Positions 1 to 24,500 of a stretch of DNA of 64,000 nt are shown in pieces. Position numbers and translations under genes: made by a program. Numbering within the stretch: position 1 is the first letter of the stretch; each line of letters starts with the position of its first letter. The notes below the pieces were generated by a model. That model did not search any database. It saw nothing but the letters and a program-made list of their open reading frames with translations, and had not been told where the DNA came from. This stretch comes from Tubulanus polymorphus (taxonomy: Eukaryota > Animalia > Nemertea). The DNA lies in the NCBI RefSeq assembly GCF_964204645.1, contig NC_134031.1, forward strand, positions 4,402,001 through 4,466,000, written 5' to 3'.

Positions 1-63
1 AACAAAAAAAACTGAACAGTATTAACTCAGACTATGTTTCTGGAAGTAAGTCAACAAACTCAC

Positions 64-145
64 CCCAAACATTCAGCCAGCCTTCAATTCTAGCGGGAAA
101 AACTGCATCTCTGGCGTTTTTTTCTTGAGATTGTAATTCCTCCAT
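64..145 (-). CDS. Possible first coding exon of an unidentified gene running off the left edge (MEELQSQEKNARDAVFPARIEGWLNVW...)
   Basis: AAAATGG start at 145 and an open frame to a G|GTGAGT donor at 63. IEGWL resembles the first strand of a PH domain, but no firm homology was recognised. Confidence 0.3.
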
Positions 146-692
146 TTTATATGTGAGTTAAATTCATAATCCAGTACTCCATAGAGAGCGATAAAACATT
201 TAAAACGATGGAATAGCAGACACTTGTCACATCGTGGACGCCATGTTTAATTGTTCTATAAATAGAGCGGTAACAACGGCTGTGATTGGTCAATAGTTTT
301 ACACCGGTAGATGGCAGCACAGTATGGGTTTTCACAGGTGTCGGTATTACTCCGGTCCAATTAGGAACACTTTCGTTTCAGGAATTTGTCCCTCGATCAT
401 TCTTGGAAGATGACTAAGTAGTCACCAGTTCTACGGTTTTGCCATACCCCTTGTAAAAAGTCAAATTCCTTGGCAATCATTTCCAGACATGATCTTACCA
501 CTCAGTCTATTTTTTTGTCTGGAATCGATTTTTGTTGGATTCTAACACATATACCTCAATTTAGTTTAAATACTACCCAGTGAAACTGTGCATCTTTTTT
601 ATATCGATTTTACACTGTTAAAAGATCGCCAAAAAGTCCTCATTTTCTCATGTTGAAAATATCAGCCGTTTTTTAAAAAGCCCTATGTGTTC

Positions 693-743
693 AAAAGATG
701 AAGCGAAATATCCCGAAAAGATGAAGCGAAATATCCCGAAAAG
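693..743. repeat. 23-bp tandem duplication AAAAGATGAAGCGAAATATCCCG x2
   Basis: Two perfect adjacent copies (693-715, 716-738) plus a partial third. Confidence 0.9.
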
Positions 744-950
744 ACAAAATAAATACACTTTAGACTCAACAACACAGATTTTTTAATAACAACTGATTAA
801 ACTCTATTACGATATAAAACAGAATTTATGACCTGACAAAACTGACATTTTTCGGATCTGCATATAGATGGCATACGTCGTAGGCCTACAACAATGGCAA
901 CACTGAGTCCATCTGATTAAACCAAAATCTCGTAGAACAAAATTTCTCAT

Positions 951-3053
951 TCATCTCTGTATATCAAACAGCGCTTTAATTTTTTCATTGTCCGTTGTAT
1001 CCATAGCGGTCAAACCCTCCGCATCTTTAATTGTGATGTCCGCACCCTCTGACAATAACAGCTCGGTAACATCCGAGTGATCACAAGAACAGGCGTAATG
1101 TAATCCAGTTTGTCCATCAGAATCCTGGAAGAAATATTCACAGCAGTCTTGTATGCAGTGTTGGAAGTTTCTTTTAAGGAAATCAAGTAAAAAGATAATG
1201 GAGGAAAATACATGGGTGGATCTAGGATTCTTCGAAGACAGTGCATGCACGAAAATTGGTGTGTACCTCTAGTTGCCCTCCCACAGGAAAATTAGGACAA
1301 AAAGGGGCTTTTCTGACCCTCATCGGGACCCTTTGGATTTATTATGTTTGTTTAAAAATTTTTTTTACAAAATAATTTTTCCAGACTTTTTGTAGGGCAC
1401 ATTCAAATTTTGAATCTTAAATTCGCCGTTGAAATGTTGGTGAAGTAAATCGTTTTTCAAAAACCCGAGATGCAAAAGATTTGTTAAATGTCAATTTCGG
1501 AAATGGCAAAGAAATTGAGAAATGTCAAAAATGTTTAGATTAGGCCTACCTGCAGGTTGATATCAGCATTACATTTCAATAGTAACCTAACCATATCAAT
1601 ACAACCACGATCACACGCCCAATGAATTAAACCTAATCCCTGAAAATAGATTTCGCATTCAGTACTGCCTCCTTGCGTACAAGTGTCCATTTTTTAATGG
1701 GCCATCATTTAAAAATTTGAATCAAGCCAAAAACTCACATCATCTCCTTTAATATTTATTGTTTCAGCTTTTAGATTTCGTTCTACGTTTTCCACATTGC
1801 CCTCAATGCACCAGTCGAAGATTGTTTTGTTCTCTGGTGCGACTTCTGCCTCTTCCCGATACAGCGTGCTGACGCCGATACCAAATCCAACCTTACAATC
1901 ACCACTGCTCTAGATAATGACAAGACTCTGAAATCGTTACTAATTACTCCACTTTTGGGACATCTGTCGATTTAAAAAAATGTTCTAAAATTGAAGGGTT
2001 CATAGTGTCGATTCATAGTGTTCATAGTGTCGGTGAACAATCCCATTTAATGACATTCAAGGAATTTTTTACTCCAATTCTAGGACTTTAATCAGCATGT
2101 TTAAGCCAGGAATACTGAAGTCTACATTTTCCAGGCATTTTTTCTAAATCAGCAGAGTTTAAGAGCTGTAATAGTTAACTTATCTGCAGATGATAACTAA
2201 TCACTGATACAGTTAAAACCATTTGAAAAATTAGTCTCAGCAATAATTAGTACATAATGGTAGTAGTTTCGGTATCCAAAGCTATTATGAACCCTGAAAT
2301 TGTAGTTCGTAAATGGGATTGTTCGCCTTACAAATATCTACCTTCATTTCCCAATCACGATCGATCTTTGATAATTGCTCAATATATTCTACCATCGCTT
2401 CTTCCCTAGTTTTTGTTCCAAGTTTTTTCCAAGCCTCCCTGTAGGCCAATCAAAATAAATCGTGCATGGTTGAATTAGCCTTAGAAATAGCTATATAGGG
2501 CCTAAATCTATAGGCCATAACTCACAGAAGAAGACATCAAGTTTTTCAGTTGCTGTGAAAATGTAGCTTGGAAAGAATCTGATTAAGATTTAATTTCAAG
2601 AGGCCTTACCATTTCTGCTTTCCTTGAAAATCAAACAACCCTGGCTTCGGCTGATCACAAGGGCCTTCATTAGCCTACACAACAAGGAAAGTTTTTTGTT
2701 CATCGTTATTTGTATGATTGTCAGGTGTGATGAAAAAGAAAACCTATTGACATTTGAAATTGACATTAAAATGCAGGATGGTCGTTTTCCACCTAGGATA
2801 AATCAGAAACAAATCATTGTCTCGACCAGAAGGTGCTGCCACCTTCAAATATAAATCAAAATTTAACAAATACAATTTCTTCTTAATGATCGCTTTAAGA
2901 CGCTAACGATGGGCAAAAACGTACTTGTTTGAATCTAGAATAAAAGTATAACAGTTCCTCGGATTCTAAAGTGTCCGCAATCGTACTCAAATGAGCAGAA
3001 GCCTTTCGAAACTGAAATTCGATTCGTGAACGGCAATCACTGGAGGCCGCCAT
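951..3053 (-). CDS. ACBD6: Acyl-CoA-binding domain and ankyrin repeat protein (ACBD6-like), 6 exons, 241 aa
   Basis: Exons 3053-2925, 2674-2610, 2438-2342, 1909-1739, 1639-1550, 1124-951, all GT-AG, total 726 nt in frame. ACB domain (LLYFYSRFKQANEGPC..KPGLFDFQGKQKWEAWKKLG) followed by ankyrin repeats (LIHWACDRG; GQTGLHYACSCDH). Confidence 0.92.
2032..2328. mobile_element. MITE in ACBD6 intron 3
   Basis: Terminal inverted repeats GGTGAACAATCCCATTTA / TAAATGGGATTGTTCGCC; no coding capacity. Confidence 0.6.
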
Positions 3054-3265
3054 GTTTGCGCGATACACCTCCAGTAATGTGGAGCTGGCATCCATCAACC
3101 GAGAACAGGGTAGGGCGTAAATTTTCTCACTAAAAAAACACTACGGAATTTCATCGTGAATATCTCGTTGACCACCGATCCGTACTAGAGAATTTACCTA
3201 GCCTGCGGGAGATTACCCCCAATCCGCAATAGCTACCCTGAGCCTATCATTTAAGTTACTGCGTG
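3054..3265. promoter_or_regulatory. Putative bidirectional promoter ACBD6/aPKC, including a non-coding first exon of aPKC
   Basis: ACBD6 ATG at 3053 (-). Strong + strand donor G|GTAAGT at 3266. The aPKC ATG exon is preceded by a pyrimidine tract and CAG acceptor at 4994, implying an upstream UTR exon. Confidence 0.5.
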
Positions 3266-5000
3266 GTAAGTGAAATTGGGTTTGTACTTCTGAGTTCTTG
3301 TGTTGTGTATGCTACCCTTATCTTGTCTTAGCTAAATCTTATCCCACAATCATCCTCCATTAAGTCATTTTTACACAAAACTATTTTTCAACCTGACACT
3401 ATATGCATGGTTGTGACAGACAGAGAGGGAAGGCATTGGGATTTTGGAAGGTGATATTTTGCCGACGCGAAATTATTTCCTGTTTACGCTGACAACTCAT
3501 TCTGATTAGCTAATTTACGCTGCACATGCGCACTGAGGTGCACGACTTCATTGAAACGGTGGAGAACGGAGTTAGAGATAACAGAACCTTGCCCAGCGTA
3601 TCTGGCGTATTGCCAGTTCAGCGTCTTTCCACTAGACCACCGAGGCTTGTGAATTTGTCAGAATGTTTAACTACATGAAGAATCCAACCTCAGTCTAATC
3701 CTGACCTTCTGGACCCATCCAAACTCTACCCTATCGAAAACCTTACCCCAAACCAGAAAAAAACTTGTTTATTGTTATTTTTATGAGTATATCTTGTATA
3801 GACCTAAAGGCCTAGATGTCAGCAAAATAGTTGACTGAAATCGCATCGGCAAAATATCCACTTCCTAAGATTAAAGTGCCTCTGAGTCTATAGATACGAT
3901 AGGCCTGCCTGAAGTGGATGATTTTTTGTTGTGAAGACACTGAAGTGGAAGCCTTCAGAGACATCCACCGAGCATACCAATGACCGCCAGAATTGGTCAC
4001 TGTCGGCGTACTAGACCCAGATATAAAAGTTGCACTGTTGAATTGATTGCCCTTAGATCTAGCGAGATGGGCTAATCGCTTAAATATTGCTCTTGGTTCT
4101 CATTAATTCTAAAATCTAGCATTCCTCGTGTGCTTACCTAGACTTGATAGAATTCAAACAGAACCTGAATCTAGTTGCTCAATTTTTACGTAAAATATGA
4201 CTGGCTATATACAATTTGAAGAAATGAAGTAATTTTCTGGATTAGATTATAACCCAGAACCACTGTCTTCTGCTATTAGGCTACCAAATAGGAATCATGT
4301 TGAATATTTCAGGCCGGTCAGGTTAGATGATTAGGCTTATTCTGCTGCTATCGTCATTGCCATAAGACCCATCATCAAAAACAAGGAAAATGTGAATATT
4401 ATTCAGTCTAATATATATTATTCAGTACTGATGTCATATGAACATTACTCCCTCAGTGCTTATTAAGATGCCCAGGTATGAAATTAATTGTTAGTCAATG
4501 TCACATATTGCGTTTATTACCACCTAGCCTAATGGAAGCATTCAACATAGCACTATTCCATACAGTTTCCTACTGGTAAAATAGAGATTCTAAATGACCT
4601 TGGATGTCTGAAAATAATCATGTTCTTCTAAATGAATATCTTTCATCATTTAGAGACAATTTGAATGTGATGTTATTTTTGTTTCTAGTTTTATTAGGCT
4701 TATCGCAGATTTTTCAAAGTTCACTCATTACAAATTGAATGCAAGGAGGTATTAGAGGCGCTAATAGGCCTACCTCCATGAAACAAAATCATTTCAGGCT
4801 AGTTATACGGGTTTGAAATAGGCCTATATAGCCACAGTCGGCGTACCTATAAGCTGTTGTGACGGAAATGTGTTCTAGGACTATTTCTACTCAATCTTAT
4901 TTTATGTCGCATTTTTCCTGGATGCGATGTAATGAAAATGGTGTACCACATGACGGGGCCTAGAAAGTAATTTGTAATTTTTTGTTTATTGCAGACGATC

Positions 5001-14929
<9,929 letters not shown>

Positions 14930-16847
14930 TGCGGTAGCGATCGAAACGACGATCAATCTACGATAATATATTCATTTACTACATATCAGTCAGTGAACGC
15001 ATTTTTGAAAGTCAGTGTTGTCTGAAATGATGCTGCTCTTAACTGAAGATTGCTACAAGTCGATGTGCGTGAATTCACCTTCTACGGATTTTATGGGCGA
15101 ACGTGTTACGCTTTAAATGTGATTTTCCGAGAATCGCGCGTTGTTCTCGAATTCGAACGCTTGTCGTTTTATCGAATCCAAGTGGCTTTCCAGTACTGAA
15201 AAAAGGCTCCACGCGTTTTCATTCGAAGGGAGATGCGTCATTGGTTGTATTAAAGCGATTTACGTATGTCGGTTATATGTACATACCCAGTACGTATGTA
15301 AACAATGTTAATTCACCGGTACAAAGAAATCTTCCCATGTAATTGAATGTCATCGATAGTCAGTGCTAAATGTGCCCGAGACTTCATGTCTCATGCTATA
15401 TGTGCCCGGTTAATTAGTAAGTTATTGTAAAAATGTCTAGGTGATATATGGAATATTAAGCCAATCGCTTTCTTAAGTTGTTTGATGTCGACCAGTAATG
15501 ATGTACCGTACATTGTTAATTCATTTGTAAACGGCGATAGTTCAGGCTCAATAATGTGAGACTTGTATTGTAAGTGTGAAGTGCTAAAGTAACTTGCTGT
15601 TAATTATACTCAGCGAGCGCGAGCTGAGATGTGGGAATGTCATCAAGTTGAAGGTTAGATTCATCGACACCTTCTGTGATAGTCAGTTCTGGGAATCTTA
15701 TCGGTTTATTTTTCTTGTGAAGAAGGTTTTTACGGAAGAGGGATGAATGTGGGCAATGCGAGCTGAGAGACATATATTATTCGAATGTTTACCGTAATCG
15801 TTATGATACATATCAAAACTTATAGTGGAAAATATAGCATATACCTATTACTTATAACCTCTGCGGAATTGTTACATCTATTCCAACAGCGATGGTCAGT
15901 TAACCATGAAATCAACCTAAATCAAGATTGAGTACTTTATCTGCGTTTGTTGGAAATTATGTGTCCTCATGGTATAGCATCTCATGATTTCATTTTTAGT
16001 CCGCTTAGGTGGCTTCAGTGGGCTATTGCCTTCACTTGCCATCTGTCCATTCGTCAGTCAGTCCGTAGACAGAATCAAGTTTTTTGGGAAGTTTGATATC
16101 CTGATGTCTAGCTAAGACAGATGTGCAGCCAAAACGTGGCCCGATCAGAATCAAGATGGCCATTGGTGTTTGGAAAAGTGAGCACTTGCACAGGGGGAAT
16201 TTTGAAGATGCTTTGCTCAATCTATTCTCCAAATTGAGTCGCTTAGCATAAGATGGCTGCTCTGTGACCTTTTTAAATCTAATCATTCATTTCTGTAATG
16301 TTCACCAGGGGCCTTGAATAATGAAAAATCAGATAGTCTAGCATTTCACCGAGAAGGTATGGCGTCCCTGGACCCCTATTTTGCTTTTTTTGTAAAAATA
16401 TGGGATTGTGCCTTCACATGAAAATGCTATTGATTTTTCACATGTTTACCGGTTATTGTACCGGTGACATTTGTAAGATTAATCTCCATAAGGAAACTGC
16501 TCTGTTATTTCATCTTGTTCGTATTACTTTGAAGGTTGAAACATGATAAGTAGCTTACTTCGAATATTCATGGTTGGTCTCACCAATTCAATGTGTCCCT
16601 GAGTTAATGAACGACTTTGCACTTTCGTCGAGTCCCTGGTTGGGTTGTATCCTCAGTGATGGCACTGTTTTGATGATGCTCCTTTCTCGTCTGGCAACAA
16701 TTTGGACGTTCGAAGTTTTGCTGCGAGACCAGTGTCCGCGGTGGATGTACAGGGGACTGTGCCTATTTCTTGTCATTTTGTTTTAATATGTTTTGTGACA
16801 ATCAGCTATCTAATGTGTGTGCGTGTACAATATTTATAGAGATATTG

Positions 16848-16853
16848 AATAAA
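16848..16853 (+). terminator. Candidate polyadenylation signal for aPKC (about 1.9 kb 3' UTR)
   Basis: AATAAA downstream of the stop at 14929, in UG/U-rich context. Confidence 0.45.
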
Positions 16854-19800
16854 GAGTTTAGTATTGATGGTGGGTGATGAAACACGTTATATTTCTGAGC
16901 GCGGGATTAGCTTTCGATGTCAGGTAATTGATGTTTAATGTATAAGCGTTATTGATCATTGAAAACGATATACCTATGTATATTCAGTATCTAGAAATTA
17001 TTCAATATGTATGTACCTGATTCATCCCTAGTTATTGAAGTGCACTTTTATGTTTCTCCATCTGCAGTGTTATCGTTTAGTGAAAACCCCATGCAGACGG
17101 GAGGTATCAGTTCGCGGTTCGTTTGTCCTGTCAGTGCTCAGTTCTTTGCGATCGAAAAATTTATTGTAGTATTTGAGCATTAAGATTTATAGAGTAGACT
17201 CCGTAGGCCTGTCCCTAGCCAGCCCTGCCAGTAGTTGGGAGTGTCAGTTAAGAAAAATCAGAAAAATTCATTCCAAGTCTCTTCATAGGTCCATCCATAA
17301 AATACTGCCAAAAGTCCTATCTTCGGTTGAATATGTATTTAGCATTATCTATACAGGAATTATTGATTTCCCGTCAGAAATACCTTTGGAAATTTGCAAA
17401 TATGTATGAACACCTGTTTCGTATTTTGAATTCTTAATCAGTGAATTATGAACTGCAAATGATTTAACACCTTATTTACCTATATTATAAGTATTAATTA
17501 TGTGTAACTACATCATGTGTATACTGATCGTAATTTCCAATGAGTAGTACTCAAAAATTATATTATTATTATGATTATTATTAATTATTATCTATATTTT
17601 TTCACTATTGTTTATATTGTTGAAATGCATGTCATTTGATGCGCGCTTGATCTTTTGTCAAAATATAAAATATTTAATAATAATGCGAAAAAGGTGTTTG
17701 TTTTAATTTTAAAAAGTCGGATATAGCAGATTGTGACCCCGTTTTAATCACTTGTCACAATTTTGTGTCGTGAGTTACTGATCTCTGCTGCCATCTGTTC
17801 GCAGTTGCTATAGTGAACGTTCTAGATGGGAGAAAAAACAACAGCCACCCGAGTAACCGGCCTTGATACAGAAACGATAAAAGGACAGAATCAGTCAGAC
17901 GACCTTGAAAATCCTGCGAACTTTCTGATCTAACTGGCTTTGTGAAGCTCGAAAATATTGTCGTTAGCACGCATATCCCTTCTTATTTAGCCAAACAAGA
18001 TCTTTTCAATATAAAGAACAGAAAAATGGATCTTTCTTGTGTAAATACACAGCGAGCTCTGTTTCAAACAATATTCTGTAAGGCTATCTTTTAACTAGAT
18101 ATTATCGCGTATAATGCCTTTGCGATTTGTGAGGCGTAGAATTAGTAATGCATAGACCTTGTCTGTAATAAAATTCACTGTTTAAAAAGAAACCTGTTAT
18201 CTCTTGGCACTAATAGTTTTTTTTCCACTTTTAACTGGTCATTCAACTTCACCGATATCACTTCAGAAAAATCTATAAGTACCCCCATTGATATAACAGA
18301 CCTAGCATAAAAATATTCTATGACTGGCAATGAGGATAATACATGAAATGGCATTATACATCGATAAATCAATAGTCGAAATTAAGATAAAGTGTCGGTT
18401 AAAAGGTGATAAAACGTGAGGGTTCATTATAGCTATACCATAGCATTCAGCTATGTATCATAGCAAATGTATTTAATGATCATCAATTTAGTCATAGGGG
18501 CCAGTGAACCCATGGCAAAGATTTTTTTGTAAATTGTATTTTTTTCATTAGCAATAGTGCGGTGCAGTATTTTTTGCTCTTTCGATGGAATGAATTTGTG
18601 CGGAGGAAACACTGCAGACGAGTACAGCCACACTGCCTGATTCGATTTCTGCTTGTCTGCATCAGGAAACCAATTATCTTCATGTGTCGCCCCAACGTTC
18701 TCCATATCGATTTCCGCTCGTAAAAAAAAAGTTTTTCCTCGAGTAAAAAGTCTGAATCGATACTTTCTATCGACAGAATATTAAAAAATGGCTACATATG
18801 CAGAACGTTTCACATTGCAGCGACAGAAGCTTTTCAACTAGTTGAAAGACAACACTAGTCTGGATACAAAACAAAAAAAAATAACTGATATTTTTACAGT
18901 GAAAGAACATCTATCTGAATCAACTTGCCCTGCTTAAAATTATAATATTCGTTCACTGATGATCATTGTGTTTGTGCACTGTTTTGGCGACAGCTTTAGT
19001 GTCTGCAATGAGTCGCCTCACTACCTCACTATTGTTCATATGAAAAAACATCTACTTTGTATTATGTTCAGCGGCAATAAACGAAGCCCACACTTTCTCA
19101 GAATTATAACATGATACAAATCTGGGTAGCTAGTGGGAACCAATGTTACACTTTTGTAAGCTATTTCCATAGATGAGACGTAATGATTTTAGATGACTTA
19201 GGATCCCTGTCGGCAAAAGAAACATTGAATTTCCAAATAACCTTCAGCGTCTGTCATTCAACAACTGACTCCAAAATAATAACATACATCAACGATGAAT
19301 GATCATTTAACAGCTTTAGTTTATTCCTCTATAACTAACCAGCATGGCTCCTATTATGTACAACATTCAAGGCCTTTTTCAAACCTGCACAAAACCGGCC
19401 ATACACATGATGCCTAAACCTTGTTGGTGGAACACCTTGTTGGTGTATACACTTCCAAATTCCGAAGTCACATCAGCCTTAGCTACGGGCAAGGACCGAT
19501 TCATACCTTCCCTTACAATAATGGATTAATTATCCCAATTTAGATGTCATAATTCGCATTACTCTTAAGTATGAATCAGTCCCTGGCAAGCTACCAACAG
19601 GCCTTCAGTCAAATCTTGTCTTTTTCATTTTCAAATGCTGCAGAGCGCGAGTACAATGAGTAACAAGTATGCCTCATTCAGAAAGTGGAGAAATTATTTT
19701 TTCCAAGGCCAAAGTTCAAAGAAATGTACAATATACATATATTTTCTGAATAGATTTTCCAAATAGGCCGCCTATCGATATAGTTTTCGGTTTTTGTACA

Positions 19801-22257
19801 TAGTTGTTTTTGGTTTCGAGATAACTCGCACGTACTCCGCAGTTAACAAAATCTGATTCTCGATTGTGACTTAAAAGACTACATCGAAAAAAACTCACTG
19901 TTCGATATCATAGTTCACGAATATAGACAAATTCTTAACGATAAAGAAAAGTCGTTATTGTTACGAAATAGAAGAATTTCGACGCAACTTTCACTAAAAA
20001 TCGATCGACGAATATATAGCGCTCACAAAATATAATCACCGTCGACAACGAGCCCGAATTTCTCCCGAAGCCCGTTCGCTTCGGAATCAACGAGGCTTAG
20101 AGTAAAACCGAACCAACAAATCAACAGCGAAATAGCAAGATCGAACTTTACAATACTTCGAGATAATAAAGTAAAGAAATAATAGTAACGCAACTTCTCA
20201 TCTCACTCAACATCCACTATTTGTCACAAAGCATATTACATATATGTATATATATCTATATATTAAAACGTTTTTTTTTAATGCCATGATATAATCAAGC
20301 TTGAAATACATCAAGTTAGAATTGCTGCCATATATGCTTTAGATGGTTGTTACGACGAGTGGCCACTTATATGTTGCTACGTACGTTTTAAGGAAGCGAA
20401 AAACGTAGATGTCATTCTACAGATATTCACGGCTAAATAATGTAATGAATTGGTGGATGAACCGACTACCGAGTTTAGCTGTTGGCTGATTGAATATGTT
20501 ACACGAAAAACGGAATTAGCACCATCTATGGACAAAGCACGTGACAATAAGTGAATTATTAAAAACCCAAACAACCAACCACTACGTATGTACAGAGATG
20601 CCGTACAAGCACAAAAAATATCCTCTTAAAGCCCCGTTATAGGCTAACAATAAAAGGCTGTAGCATGCGGGGTGGGTAAAATCTCGAAATTTCAAGATCA
20701 CATACTCAGATCTGCATCTGCGAACCGTTTTTTTTTCTGGATATCTATGGAATCGAGAGATTACGGTATAGAACCCCTATTGCCCCCTCCACACGCTACT
20801 GGCCAACAATATCTATCCCTATCGTGTGTGTATATATATATATATATCTATATATATATATACATCATCAATCACAGAATTGTCTTTACAGTTGGTTCCA
20901 CAGGTCACGAAAATAGAACATTACTTATTACAAGAAGTATCGTCGTATACATACTACCGTATAAGCACAAATGTATATGCGTTATATCTTACACAATTTT
21001 GCGAAGCCTAGAAATAGATAAACATTCTTTCAGCCTGATAGAACGGTTTCATTCATTAATATCTATATTCACACAAATCTACGTACGATGGCCAATATTT
21101 CGCTAATCTATTTATATATTACAGCAGATTTTTGTAGTTTTTTGGACCCAGAAGCATCAGGCAATGATAAAATATGTACAGATATATCACCATATGTGTG
21201 TGTGTGTGTGTATGTGTCCGTTTGTGTGTAGCGGTAATTTTCCTTCAGACACAACCAGTCATTGTGTCGAAAAAAAGAATGACAACCTATTTTCGATGAA
21301 AAGGCGCCAACCACCGGTTTTTCGAGCCTTTTGCCTTTATATTCGACGCCTGCGAGTTTACGTCGTCGGCCGGTGAATATTCCGATCATGCACCGACTGT
21401 AGAATATATAATCCAAGGTCAAATAAGTAATTCATTTATCCGTGCGGTTCCCGGTGCTACGCGATGGGCCACGCGAATCAAAGAATTACCTGTTTCGTAT
21501 GTACATATATTTGAATGAGAAACCCTATAATAATTGTCAACATGACGCAAGCTTTAATTATTTACCGGTGTATATACAATACGGATGGCTGGGGTCGGGT
21601 ATACTATGGGTATATAAACAATAAGCAAATGCCATTTTTCGGGAGGTTTTAATCGAAAAGCTCTTTTTTTACAGCATTTTTCCTAAGAAGCGGAGACTTA
21701 AATCTACCTGAGTTTATGAGGCACTGGTCATGACGAATAACACATTCTAAACACGAAATTTCATGCCCCATATTTTTCTTATAGTATCATTTCCGAATTT
21801 TCAACATTGGCGCTAAGTCATATATTCATTCTCGTCTGATTCATCCATACTAGCCAGACCCACTTCAAATTCTCTGGAGAGCAGTCGACATGAGTTTCAA
21901 ACATTGCAGCGAAAACAGAATTACAAATTTCAATTTTTACGTCCGTTGTATTTTGAAGTGCTATTGTATTTTGAGAGGAACGCTTTTTCTACTGCATGCG
22001 TATACAAATAGAACTCCTACCACAAGCGATCACATATAAAAATGCTGAATTACGCACGCAATTACTGCATCGCTTGCTTTACACTCCGATTGCCCAAAGA
22101 TTACACATATTTGACTGTTTTCATACATCTGTTCTAGAAAATGCAGATTAAAAAACATACATTGGTAAAAGCCAAGTGTCCTGAGAAATAATTGTCATCT
22201 TGGGATTACAAATAAAGACCAGTCAGTTACGGTTATCATTTTTTCTGTTTACTGAAT

Positions 22258-22601
22258 CATGGTTCCCACAGTTACTACATAAATTATTAATTCCCAGGTT
22301 TGTCCCTAGTATTCCATGGGTGATTTTTCAATTTTCCCAAATATGGAAAATGGGGCCTTCATTAAAATGAACAGATATCATCACACAACAGTCAACATTT
22401 TAGTGGCAACTGGTTGATAAAGGTGATCTTCTAAGGACATCGCTGAAGTAAATTGCCCTTGGCAAATGCAATACATGAAACGTACAGGAATTTCCGAAAT
22501 ATTTCCCCGATTCGTGGAAAATTTCTCTAATACCCAAACTGGGAAATATCATTCCACAATTCCCAAGTTATTCCCAATTTCCCTGTACTGTGGGAACCAT
22601 G
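22258..22601. mobile_element. MITE with 7-bp TSD (P-element-like)
   Basis: Perfect TIR CATGGTTCCCACAGT / ACTGTGGGAACCATG flanked by direct repeat ACTGAAT (22251-22257, 22602-22608). Confidence 0.8.
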
Positions 22602-24211
22602 ACTGAATTTCATGAGCATCGCGGTTATCGTATTATTCCATGGAGTAGCCAATATATAATCACTACGCCGCATTTCGCGTAAGCCTCTGTCTAATACGCG
22701 ATGCCTAAAACCTGTTATACGAGAACGACTTCGTCATTTTATGAGCCGCCTTGAAAATAGATCGCCTCGTCTAGACGGTATATTACAATACGTCAGCTAG
22801 TTCATCGGATTCGTTGAAAACGAGCCATTGTTGAAATATTTCGCTTTAGAAATGTAGGAATTTGCGGTTTCGATAATATAACGATATAATTTCAAGCTGG
22901 CCGATCCCTGAGAATTTCTTTTTCGTTTATGAATAAAGCCAAGATTGGTACGTGTCGTAAAAACATCGAATACTTATATATATATTGATAAGTGTCTATT
23001 TGGCACTGGTGGGTAGTCCCCTGAAATTTTTAGGAAGATTTGAATTGATAATACAGCGATAAGTTAAGTATATATTTTTCTATTCAAAACCAATTCAACG
23101 AATATGTACTCTTATTCTTAAATTCAAATCAACCTCGTTTAAAATTATATCTACCGACTAATACCAATAATAATCCCTAACGCGCCAATTATCGAGTAAT
23201 TCTAGTTGGGTTTTTTCTGTCCCTCGTTACGGGGCGCGAAACGAATCGAGAAAACAATTCTCGGAAAACGTCAAGAAAACATGTGTCAAATGAATTGAAG
23301 TGTTCAGCGAAACACGACCTTCTGTCCCGAGTTCGGAAAATCATCGATTTCGAAAGCAACAACTGAAAAGACTTCAGTTAAAAGCAGAAAATAGCACTTT
23401 CACCAGAGAAAGCAGGTACATAGGATATCGCATACAACAAAGGGAGAGGATAGTACCACCCCCCCTCCTCCCCCCCACCCGATTAACATGAGAAAATATT
23501 GTCATTTGATGAACATGAAGAATGAAAGACGATAAAATATGAACAAAATGAATGGAATGAATGAATGAATGACGGATGTATATAAAAACATAACAACTAT
23601 TTATTTTTCATAGTAGTTTAAATAAGAATTATTTGATAGCTGAAATATTTCAACCTCGAGTGTGTTGTTTAATTTGAAGAGTACAAGCTGTTCTAGCTGT
23701 TGCTACTATTGACAAAACTTGTATGGGAACCCGGCTTCCCCCCCTCCCGGAGACTGTGCAAACATCATTATGTCGTCACGTCACACGGTGAACTCTCGAC
23801 GGAGCGCTTATTTTCACAGTTATACTCAACGTCATTTACATTGAACGTGGCATCCAATGAAATCGACTAATTAAACAGTGAAAAGAAAACGAATATCGCG
23901 ACGAATTCGCGATGGATGAGACGGACAAGTTTTTTTCCCCTAACAAATCGAATGAAACCCATCTACCAGATGTACGCATACACTATACATATAGCTATCG
24001 TCGACATGTCAATGCAGGTGTAAGGACTTGAACAAGTTCCGAAAACAGCTGATATCGAACGTACTTCACCACGAAACCATTGTACCCCTACATACGAGTA
24101 ATTAACAAGTACAACCATATGTTGTCGGTATTCTGGAATCATTCATAATTATGAGCCCACCAATTGACAGAGTGGTAATACTTTGAATCAAGCTGTTCCG
24201 ACGATAGTCCT

Positions 24212-24500
24212 TAGGCCTTTTTCATTTAATTACCTGTAGTACGGATCTGCCTCCCAGGCTTCTGCAAACATCATATAATTTAAAAAAAATATATATTTCT
24301 TTAGCCCTTTGTGTTTTTCGTCAGAATTTTTCCAAGAATTTATGTGGAAAATGCTCAAAAAATAGAAAAAAAAACTTTATTTTTTTTTCAGTTCCCTTCC
24401 AACAACTATTATCAGAAAAAGATTTTTCCTTCGCCCTCCAATTATTTTCTTGAATAAAATAAAATGATCCGTACACCAAGTAATCAAAAAGAAGGGCTTA
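24212..24500. mobile_element. MITE
   Basis: Imperfect long TIRs TAGGCCTTTTTC..TAATTACCTG..GTACGGATC / GATCCGTAC..AAGTAATCAAAAAGAAGGGCTTA. Confidence 0.6.
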
